Shown piece after piece: positions 1-10,076 of a DNA stretch of 64,000 nt. Source of the DNA: Podarcis bocagei (lineage: Eukaryota). Each line of letters opens with the position of its first letter. Position 1 is the stretch's first letter. The stretch lies in NCBI GenBank assembly GCA_964188305.1, contig OZ076888.1; one strand, 5' to 3'. The position numbers and the translations under genes were made by a program. Under the pieces are notes generated by a model. It ran no database searches. It saw only the letters and a list, made by a program, of their open reading frames with translations, and was not told the origin of the DNA.

Positions 1-1282
1 TTTAGGACAGCCCTCCCTGCATTTTGGACCCCACTGACTTTCTTCCTCAGCAGGTTCTGTAACTCTGAATATCTCTGTGTATTGCAGGTGCAAATGGTAT
101 TGAAAACACAATTTTGTGTAAGACCCCTGATAACATCATAGGCACAAATCATTAATTTTTGATAAAAAGGATGTCTAGAGGGGTGCTGGAATGCAATAGA
201 TTTCTCTTGAGTTGCATCTGCTTTTGATGCAGGTGGTCCCTGCTTCAATCCCTGAAATCTCTACCAGAAAAGCAATAGGTCCTGATTCCTCAATTTCCTT
301 CTCCCCAAATGCTCTGTTATTTGCAACCTGTGTGGGCCCTGCTGGGTTTGCCATGCAGAGGACTCTTGTTTCACTTGGCTGGGGTCAGAAGGATGTTCCA
401 GGTATCCTCTACCCAAATAATAAAACAGTTGTCAATATTAAAGTAAGATAGGTTATGGCGTGTGTTTTTAAGACAGCTTGTCGTGGCCTATAAGACGTCC
501 TTTCATTCAGATTATTTACTCTTTTCCCTCCCTCCGCCAGACCACAGCCTCAAAAAGATGAGTCAGACGAAAGAAGGTACACGAAGTGAGAACATGCACA
601 TTGTCTCAGTAAATATACTTCTTCCCAAGTGCCAACCCAATACATTTTGCAGTTTGAAGTAGTGCCCAAGTGGTCCCCCTCACAAGCTAGATCCAACCCT
701 TTAGAAGAGGGGTTGCCAACATTGCACCCATGCAAGGTATCAATAACTCACAGAGCACAGCAGTTTGCTTTTGCTACTCCTTTCCTGCTTGTAGCGGCTC
801 GGCATTTCCTACGTGGAACAGCCTCCCTTAAATATGGCCACTTTTCATTGAGTGCCGGGATAGGATGCCTACCCTGCCTTCTGTTCTGAACAGAGCAGAA
901 GGCAAAGGGCTTCTCATTGTGGGTGAGCATGGCAGTAGCTGACGTAGGTGCCTTTCCCCTGCTAATTGGAAGGCATGCCCGCACCATATTATGGTCCTCT
1001 CTCTCTTTCTGCTTTAGATATGGCAGCCACTTTGTGTTGTGCCATGCCCTCCCACAGCAGCCGTTTTGGGATTTGGTGTCCTGGCAGTGTACCGAAATTC
1101 CAAATGTGCCCACTGGCCCAAGGAGGATAGCGACTCGTACTTAAAAACAACACAATGCATTATTTAAACACCAGCTGCTGCCTTCATCTATCCACACACA
1201 ACCACAACTCATGGTGCTGCCTAAAGGTGGATGCAAGGCAGGGCCAGCCCTGTTGCTCCCAAACCAACATTTGCTGTCATAA

Positions 1283-1450
1283 TTATTTTATTATTATTTA
1301 TTTAAATTTGTATACTGCCCTTCACCCAAAGATCCCAGTGCAGTTCACAACAGAAAATTACAGAATGAGAAATACAAAATACGTAATAAAATATAAAAAC
1401 AAATCAATAACCCTCCTCCCACAAACACATTTTAAAAGCCGTAAAATGTA
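1283..1450 (-). mobile_element. L2-like LINE 3' tail fragment
   Basis: Shares TATACTGCCCTTCA...GTTCACA...CACATTTTAAAAGCC with the 23270 copy. Confidence 0.55.
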
Positions 1451-1577
1451 TTTGCTATTATTTATTAAGGGGCGTGGTGGGGCTGTGGTCTAAACCACAG
1501 AGCCACCCGTGTCCCTATGGACAGGATAGACAGGCGCAAAACTATTCCCATGCCTACTAATTCTTCCAACAAAAGCA

Positions 1578-1690
1578 CCATAGCTCATGGCAGAGGTTAT
1601 GATCAGTGGTAAAGCAGAAACTCCAAGGTTCAATCACCAGCATCTCCAACTCCCGCTAGAAATGTCCCCTTTGAAACCTTGGAGAGCGAT
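1578..1690 (+). mobile_element. Degenerate tRNA-derived SINE fragment
   Basis: A-box-like TAGCTCA..GG, B-box-like GGTTCAATCAC, then GAAACCTTGGAGAGC. Confidence 0.4.
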
Positions 1691-2294
1691 GGTTTGCAGA
1701 CCCAGCCACCTAGCAAGTGGGCCTCAGGGCAGCTATCAGCAGTTCTGAGCTCCTGGCAGCTGCTTGCCAGGCCTGGGTACTGTTCAAGTAATGGCTGGTT
1801 CCTCACTTGGAATCCTACTTGAAAACACCTACATGAACTCCTTTCGTATGCTTTTCTGGAACCTAACCCAAGCCATTTCCCTTCCTTTCTGTTTGCTTGC
1901 AAAGATGAGTTCGTTCTTGTCAGACTGCTGTTCTTGTCAGATTGCTGGCCTTGTTCCCATTACACATACAATTAACAGATGTCCACAGCCAATAAAACAA
2001 AGACAAACTGGTTTAGGTGTGAATCCACTGGCTGGTGTTCTTTGATCAACCACAGGGACATTAGCAATGGGAGGGAAAGCTATAAATGAAGGGCTGTTTT
2101 TAAACCCTGCTCTGAAGAGTGGTGGGTTGTGTAACTAGGCAGGCATGGATTTCTTTATTTCCTTCAGGCATCTCTCCCCCATTCTCCTTTCAATGTGATC
2201 TTCCCAACAGGAAAGTCAAGTGCTAAGGGGCCTGAGTTGGGAATAAATGACCAACCTCTGGTCACTTTTTACTTTGTGAGACCAGCTCTTGATA

Positions 2295-2536
2295 CAGTGG
2301 TACCTCGGGTTACATATGCTTCAGGTTACATACGCTTCAGGTTACAGACTCCGCTAACCCAGAAATAGTGCTTCAGGTTAAGAACTTTGCTTCAGGATGA
2401 GAACAGAAATCGTGTTCTGGCGGCGCGGCAGCAGGAGGAGGCCCCATTAGCTAAAGTGGTGCTTCAGGTTAAGAACAGTTTCAGGTTAAGAACGGACCTA
2501 CGGAACGAATTAAGTACTTAACCTGAGGTACCACTG
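2295..2536 (+). mobile_element. Tc1/mariner(Tigger)-type MITE family A, copy 1
   Basis: TIR CAGTGGTACCTC(G/A)GGTTA with TA on both flanks; no coding capacity. Confidence 0.9.
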
Positions 2537-3023
2537 TACATCCAAATGCTTCTCAGGTCCCACCCCTGATTTTGCACTACATACCCAACCAGTCAGTTTC
2601 TCCACCCTTCAACCACAGTTTGTGCTCGTCAGCTTGGAGTAGGGCTTTCAAGCTTACCCTAAATCACCCTCCCCAGCTGTCAACACCATACAGGAGCCTG
2701 GCCTGAGGGCAGGGAGCTGAGGCCAGAGCCACAAAACCAGCAGAAGGCACCACTTTCAAGCTGCCTCATGTTTTTTAGGGAATAGTGAACTTGCTTTCAA
2801 TTGCAGCTTTCACACAGATGTGTTTGATTCTTTTATTATCTCTGAGGCTGCTGTTGTTTCTGTCTCTTAGTGTGTGGGTTATCTATTGTTGTGATTTGCT
2901 GTTGGACACCACGTAAAGCTGTTTCTAAATTTAATAGCAGACAGTAATTCTTGCAAAAAAACCCAAAAATGTAAATTGCAGCCTCGTGCAAGAGTGAAAC
3001 TAAGGTCCAAACGGAAACAGATC

Positions 3024-3247
3024 TTATTTATGATTACATTAGATCCCTTCTTCCCTCCAAAGAGCTCAAGATAGCAAACATGGTTCTCTCTCTCCCCATT
3101 TTATCTTCGCAACAATCCTGTGAGGTGGGTTAGGCTGAGAGACAGTGGCTGGCCCAAGGTCACCCAACAAACTTCACTACTCAGTAAGGATTTGAACCCT
3201 AGCCTCCCACGTCTTGTCCAACACTCGAACCACTACACCACACTGGT
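3024..3247 (-). mobile_element. MIR-like CORE SINE
   Basis: CAACAATCCTGTGAGGTGGGTTAGGCTGAGAGACAGTGGCTGGCCCAAGGTCACCCA...GATTTGAACCC...ACCACTACACCACACTGG. Confidence 0.78.
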
Positions 3248-3270
3248 TTAGGACATTTTGCTGAAGGGAA

Positions 3271-3323
3271 ACAAACAATACATTCTTGCTCTTATGCACA
3301 AACAATACATTCTTGCTCTTATG
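3271..3323. repeat. 27-bp tandem duplication
   Basis: ACAAACAATACATTCTTGCTCTTATG(C) x2. Confidence 0.9.
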
Positions 3324-4337
3324 TGAATTGATCGTGTGTGCATGTTCTCCTTTCCCTTATTTTTGACATGCTGAGGTTCTGTTGCTAATAACTGGTGGAG
3401 CAGTTGAACCAGAGAGTTGAACTCGATATAACAACTGGGCAATTCAGGAACTTCTGAACGCATTTTACTGTGACTCAGATACGGGAGACTCAAACCATTT
3501 TTAGCTCCTTCCTCCTTCTCAAGGCTAAATACTTATCTTTTAAATAGTCCATAGAATGAAAACAAACAGAGCTTTGAAGCATACTGGATGTTGACTGAGG
3601 GTGCCTGTTTGCAGGCTGCAGTGGGAAAATAACGTCAAAACAAGCAGGTATGCAACAATATTTGTAAAGCCTGGAAAGAAAAACACTTGTAGTGAGCCCA
3701 GCGGGTGGGGGGCAGGGAGGGAGAGAAGGTCTCATTTGACCACAGTGACTTCTGTATTCCAAGTTACTTTCCACTTGCTGCTAGTTTGTTCCTTTACACT
3801 TCCCCTTTATTCACAAAACTCTCTTTTAGTTCAGCTGTTTTGTTTGGGCTCAGTTTTTTTATATTGGCCAAGCATCCCTGTTGATTCGGGTCCAGAGCTG
3901 AAATTTCATTGCTTTTAAAATTTGTTGTGCGGGGTGGACAGGATCTCATCTTTGCCAAGTGCTTGAAGGGGATCTTGGGGAGTGTTCTTTAAATATAGGT
4001 GTGTGTCAAATTTTATGCACAATAAACGAGTTCCTGGATGCAATCCTATGCACACTGACTTGGGACAATAAATCCAGCTGCAATGAAGGACTTCCAAGGA
4101 TAGAACCAGCCTTGTGTCTTTCATGCCTTTTTGTCTTATGCTGCTTAGCTATAGGCAGGCAAATGCTGTGAAGGAGCAAAGATGCAAAATTATAAAGCAA
4201 ATGTGCTATTATAATTTTAGCCTACCTGCATATTAAAGTTATCCAGGACACTGGCCAGGCTTGCGCCCTAGAGAGGTCACTTCAGGCACTGTGATTCTCC
4301 AGTGGTTTGATTTCACCCCTGGAGGCGCACTCCATTA

Positions 4338-4563
4338 CAGTGGTACCTCAGTTTACATATGCTTCAGGTTACAGACTCCACTAACCCAGAAATAGTACCT
4401 TGGGTTAAGAACTTTGCTTCAGGATGAGAACAGAAATCGTGCTCCGGCGGCGCAGCAGCAGCAGGAGGCCCCATTCGCTAAAGTGGTGCTTCAGGTTAAG
4501 AACAGTTTCAGGTTAAGAATGGACCTCCGGAACGAATTAAGTACTTAACCCGAGGTACCACTG
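4338..4563 (+). mobile_element. MITE family A, copy 2
   Basis: Same TIRs, TA flanks and internal sequence. Confidence 0.9.
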
Positions 4564-5068
4564 TATCTCCCAAGACAGATGGATGCCAACAACATCTAGA
4601 AGGAATTTATTTTAGTAAAAATGTGCTTCCATTCCTTGTTGCATTTGCAAACCCCCTCAACTACTGAACTGCGAAAGAGTTGCTCAATCATTACCCCCGT
4701 TCCCCCCCCCAACCAGTTGCTAAGGATGCGAATTCTGGTTTCCTAGACTTGTCAGGTTCTGATGGTTTGCTTCCACTCAAAAAAGGGGTTTCTGTTTTGC
4801 AGATCAATTTAGTCACTTACACCTCCTAGTGGCCATAACCTGACAGATTTTCTCTGGCAACCTGAATTGATGCACCTTTATCTAGAAGTGTAGGCAGAGG
4901 CACACTTTAAATTTAAAGCACATTGCCCCCTGCCCCAAAGAATCCTGGGAACAGTTGTTGTCCCCCCAGCTACAGTTCCTTAACAAACCATGGATCCCAT
5001 GATTCTTTGGGGGAATGTGGCTTATGTATGGTGTAGACCTACTCTCAGCCCACTAATTCAATAAAGCT

Positions 5069-5974
5069 TTGTTGTTGTTTAGTCGTGTCCGACTCTTTGT
5101 GACCCCATGGACCAGGGCACGCCAGGCACGCCTATTTCCCACTGCCTCCCTCAGTTTGGTCAAACTCATGTTGGTAGCTTCGAGAACTCTGTCCAACCAT
5201 CTCGTCCTCTGTCATCCCCTTCTCCTTGTGTTCTCAATCGTTCCCAACATCAGGGTATTTTCCAAGGAGTCTTCTCTTCTCATGAGGTGGCCAAAGTATT
5301 GGAGCCTCAACTTCAGGATCTGTCCTTCCAGTGAGCACTCAGGGCTGATTTCCTTAAGAATGGATAGGTTTGATCTTCTTGCAGTCCATGGGACTCTCAA
5401 AATTCTCCTCCAGCATCATAATTCAAAAGCATCAGTCTTCTTTATGGTCCAGCTCTCACTTCCATATATCACTACTGGGAAAACCATAGCTTTAACTATA
5501 CGGACCTTGGTCGGCAAGGTGATGTCTCTGCTTTTTAAGATGCTGTCTAGGTCTGTCATCGCTTTTCTCCCAAAAAAGCAGGTGTCTTTTAATTTCGTGA
5601 CTGCTCTCACCATCTGCAGTGATCATGGAGCCCAAGAAAGTAAAATCTCTCACTGTCTCCGTTTCTTCCCCTTCTATTTGCCAGGAGATGATGGGACCAG
5701 TGGCCATGATCCTAGTTTTTTTGATGTTGAGCTTTAGACCATATTTTGCGCTCTCCTCTTTCACCCTCATTAAGAAGTTCTTTAATTCCTTCTCACTTTC
5801 TGCCATCAAAGTTGTGTTATCTGCATATCTGAGGTTGTTGATATTTCTTCCGGCAATCTTAATTCTGATTTGGGATTCATCCAGTCCAGCCTTTCGCATG
5901 ATGAATTCTGCATATACGTTAAATAAGCAGGGAGACAATATACAGCCTTGTTGTACTCCTTTCCCAATTTTGAA
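5069..5974 (-). mobile_element. BovB/RTE-clade LINE, 5'-truncated, degraded RT C-terminal part with (CAA)n tail
   Basis: Minus-strand frames SPCLFNVYAEFIMRKAGL...NINNLRYADNTTLMAESE, LKSRDITLPTKVRIVKAMVFPV, RVPWTARRSNLSILKEISPECSLEGQILKLRLQYFGHLMRR; YADD changed to YADN and frameshifts. Confidence 0.92.
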
Positions 5975-8059
5975 TTCACCAAGATCAGCCTTATTTAACT
6001 AAAGTGTGCATATCTTGCCTTTCATCACAAGATCTGAGGGTGGAGACCAATTAAATTAAATGAAAACACCACATGCTTTAAGCAAGCATAAGGATTGATA
6101 AAAATGACTGACATTATCGCATACGGCGATCTGTATTTTTAATATTGACACAGCCTCCCTTTCTCTTCCCCTTCTGCAAAGCAGAGCACGTCCTCAGTTA
6201 ACACTAGAGTCAATTATACCCTTCAGAAAGGACTTGAATGATACTTGATATATATTTTAATGATGAAGCGGAGGGGAAGAATCTCATCACAAATTCAGAA
6301 AACCAACATTTTATTGGTAAGTTGGACTGGCACAAATGCAGTACTACTTATAGCCAGCCATTTCAGAGGATTTGCAGAACTGTGCACACCTAGGCTATGT
6401 ACTAAACTACGGGTCCTGATTCTATCTAGCCCAAAATAAAAGCTAGAGCACCAGCATATAAAATATGGTGTTGCGCCTTTGATCTGCCTACTTTTAACAT
6501 TATGGCATCACAGAACTTTCCTGAAGAGGATGAGGGATGCAACGACGCTTATGCAACGTTTCCCAGTAATGCAATGCCATCTGCTTATATAAAAATGTGG
6601 GTGGCCAAATGTGGGTGGCCAAAATTTATACGGATCAGCACTGCTCATAAGTTATAGAAGCAAAAACACTATTCAATCTCATGATATGTGACTGATGTAC
6701 AAAGCAATCCTAGACACGCCTGTTCAGAAGCAAGTCCCAATGAATTAAAACGAGGCTTATTCTCAGAAAAGTGGGTATGGGACCACAGCCCCTTGTGCAT
6801 CCAGAAAAAGCAAATGGTAGACTCATTTCTGGACTAAAATATGTACTTCTTTAGACTATAAGCAGGGAGGGCTTCAGGTATCTGGTGCGTTTCCGCATGT
6901 AAAAGCTCTCTTCACACAGAAAGCTAGCATGTCAAGGAGAAAGGTTGAATGTTGGAAATTTTTCACCTGTTACACGAATTTTGCCCTGGGACTTGGAAAT
7001 AGAGTCCAGGGCATGGCTCACAGGTAGAGCTACTTCAATAAATTGGTTGCAGTGTGGAAAACAGTGTCTGTGTGCAGTATTTTACTTGCTGCAGATGGCA
7101 CAGGTCATTCAGTGTATGGGGAGAGACAGTCTCAGCTTCATATATGGCTTCAGTTGCAACAGCATAGTTTTCCCCCATGTAAGCCTCGCTCCCATTGCTT
7201 TCTACTTGTATTTCATTTAATTAAATAAATATTTATATCACCGCTCAGTAAATATTTCCAAGGCATCTCGCCGACACAAAACTATATATTAAAAAACAAA
7301 AACGACAATAAACAAAAGGACAGAATTAAAAATGTAAACAACACAGCAGCATAAACCTTCCTATTGAGGCTTGGGAAAATTAATTCATTTCAATTAACTT
7401 CCCAGTTACTCCATGATTCTACCATTCAAATACAGAATATAATTGCTGCCTCTCTGCTTTCAAGAGTAGCCTGACATACGAAAATGACACAAAGCAAGCA
7501 AGCTTGCCCAATCACTCATCATTTTTCCTTATATGAGGAAAAATGTCACCTGCTAAAGTTCCACATAGCAAGCTGCTATTAAAAGCACAGTAACAAGGAT
7601 GGTAAAAAGATGGCAACCCCAGGGATGACACTTGTAACAGGCTAGGGAGCATGAATTTTGATCTTCTTTTAAGTTTCTAGTCCTTAAGTATGTGAAGACA
7701 GACTTGGAAGTGGGTGGGCAACGTCTAGTTTGTTCATTGTACTTATTAATTGGGTTTGGGGGGGAGGTTCTGAAAAGTATCTCAAAGCAACTTGCACACA
7801 CACAAAATGCACATAGGTTAAACCCAACCAAAAACTGAAACTGAGCCAACATAGTTCTAAACAGCACATTCATCTTTATAAAATGGCAGAACTAACACCC
7901 CAATCCACTGAAGGAGACCACAAATTAATTAAATGTCCAAAGGCCTGACAGAAAAGAAATGTTTTTACCTGGTGCCTAAAGTGAAGGTGCCAGAGGTTTT
8001 TAACTGCAGTCCTATGTACTTTTACCTCAGAGAAAGCCCCAGCTGAACACAGTGGGGCC

Positions 8060-8338
8060 TAAAGGTAAAGGTAAAGGGACCCCTGACCGTTAGGTCCAAT
8101 CGCGGACGACTCTGGGGTTGCGGTGCTCATCTCGCTTTATTGGCTGAGGGAGCCGGCGTACAGCTTCCGGGTCGTGTGGCTAAGCCGCTTCTGGCGAACC
8201 AGAGCAGCACACAGAAACACTGTTTACCTTCCTGCCAGAGCGGTACCTATTTATCTGCTTGCACTTTGATGTGCTTTCGAACTGCTAGGTTGGCAGGAGC
8301 AGGGACAGAGCAACAGGAGCTCACCCTGTTGCGGGGAT
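8060..8338 (-). mobile_element. Sauria SINE, 5'-truncated
   Basis: (ACCTTT)n tail seen as TAAAGGTAAAGGTAAAGG; body closely similar to the copy at 31545. Confidence 0.88.
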
Positions 8339-8579
8339 ACTTCAGAGCAAACAAACATAACGTTGCACCATTAAGTCTCAAAAGCCGCCATATTAAGAGC
8401 CAAGCACACGTCCTAGCGATCAGGGGACACAAGCTGTCCCCACATAACTCTGGGCCACCTCTTGAGTTGCAAACTCAGAATCGGTTATCCAACAGCAGCA
8501 AATATATTCGCATGCATATAACCGGCTGTCCCCAATACAGAATTCATGCTGTCTATCTTTCCACATGGCAAGCTCACAG

Positions 8580-9200
8580 ATACAGCGCGGTTAGCAGTTA
8601 ACTCCAGAAGGAGATGCTCCCAATAAAAGCCATCGAAACGACAGCCGTTCATAAACCCGGGAGCGAAAACAGCGGGAACATGTCTGCGCGCAGAGTTGGG
8701 AGCGAGTCCCGTTGGAAATTATCGCTGCTGCAAATAATGCCGGGAGACCGTACTGTGTAACATGCAGTACCGTACTGTGTAACATTCAGCCTAAAGCGCG
8801 CTTTCTTGGGAGTAAGTCCCACTGGACTTCAGGCGACTCCCCGAGGAAGCATGCAGAGCAGGACCGGTTATGAAACAAGATCGCGGCAGTCCCGGCGCCT
8901 CGCTAGGGGGCAGAAAGATGGTGAAGGCAGGGAAGGCGGCCGTGCACCACGGCACTCTCCTTAAACGTCTTCCGGGATATCTGGAGTGACGCCCGGTTCC
9001 TCAGTCATTGCCCAGCAGATAGCAATCGAAAGCGGACCAGTAATTCAGGCTACTTACTTGCTACCACCCCCCTCCGCCCCCTGGAAATAAATAGGGCGGA
9101 AGCGGCAGCGTTTTCCTGCTCGCTTGCAGACTTTCCATTTTGCAGGTAAGTGGAAATGCGGAAAGCTTCCAGAGATTTCCCTTTGTGGGGCGGAAATAAG
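8580..9200 (+). promoter_or_regulatory. AIFM2: AIFM2 CpG-rich promoter and probable non-coding first exon ending at 9145
   Basis: Local CpG enrichment; ETS-like CTTCCGG (~8969) and CGGAAG (~9097), GC boxes (CCGCCCC ~9074, GGGCGG), TGCGCGCA (~8685); strong donor CAG|GTAAGT at 9145/9146 upstream of the ATG exon. TSS position not determinable. Confidence 0.7.
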
Positions 9201-9901
9201 TGGAAATAATAATAATGATAATGATTGTTTCTACGAGTCCAGTTTTGCGAGAGGCCTAACTTGCAGCGAGGCAGTGTTTACGAGTATTTTGGAAAGGGGC
9301 ATTTCTTTGCTCCGTTAGCAACGGAGGATAGTGGCAGATATATGCTTCTCGGCTTTTTAGCAGCATGCCGCAGTTTCATTAAAGCAAACAAACAAAAACA
9401 TGGCAGCTTTCCATAATAATAATAATAATAATAGTAACAGTTTTAAGGAAGAAGGCACCAAGCATTTCCGTTAGTTGCCTACCTTATGAGCTTGGCAGCA
9501 AGTGAGTCGTTTTCAGCAAACGGCTGAAAGTTTGCATAAGAGGCGCTAGCTGAATCCCGGTTGGAATCGGCTGGTGACGCCGGAGGCTATTCCCTGCAGT
9601 TATCCAACGAGCCTCAGCAGCTCCGGGGACTGAACCGGTGTATTAGGGATCAGGCGGTCCTGAGACTTTCTAATGGTTTCTGGATCCCATGCCTTATGAA
9701 GTATCTACAGCACAGCATGTGCCAATAAGTAATCTAATTAGAATTAGCAAAATTAGGGTTAGTAAAATTAGTAAAAACTAATCGGTGCAATTAGTACATA
9801 GATCTGTTCCTCAGCTGAACTCTTCACAGCATTATTAGTTTCCCCCCTCTTTTCTCATTTTCTTTAGCTTCCTTGGCTGAAGACCTTTTGCTCTCTTTGA
9901 G

Positions 9902-10076
9902 ATGGGCGGCCAAATCTCCGTGGACAAGTCGGTGCAGGTGGTGATAGTCGGGGGCGGCTTCGGCGGGATTGAAGCTGCCCGCAAGCTCAAGTGTTGGGGA
10001 GTCCCCTTCGTTCTGGTGGACATGAGGGACGCTTTCCACCACAATGTCGCTGCTCTCCGGGCTGCCGTACAGAGTG
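9902..10076 (+). CDS. AIFM2: AIFM2 coding exon 1 (exon starts at 9868 after acceptor)
   Basis: [22 protein letters not shown]...[10 protein letters not shown]; acceptor tctttag ends 9867, donor gtgagc at 10077. Confidence 0.96.

Noticed and set aside
1800-1960. Minus-strand open frame ending at a gtgagg donor as an upstream exon for the CaaX candidate
   Set aside because: No acceptor or in-frame start found, and donor phase 0 does not match the phase-1 acceptor at 1139
5069-6002. Plus-strand ORFs of 222 aa and 127 aa
   Set aside because: Antisense shadows of the BovB/RTE fragment
1-8000. TYSND1 3' exons expected from human synteny
   Set aside because: No trypsin-like or SKL-ending frame recognised; may lie outside the window
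8140-8601. 153-aa ORF and the similar 157-aa ORF at 31540-32013
   Set aside because: Both read through Sauria SINE sequence; similarity reflects the repeat, not a gene family
8985-9012. Possible NRF2 antioxidant response element in the AIFM2 promoter
   Set aside because: ATGACTGAGG and GTGACGCCCG lack the required TGAC-nnn-GC ending
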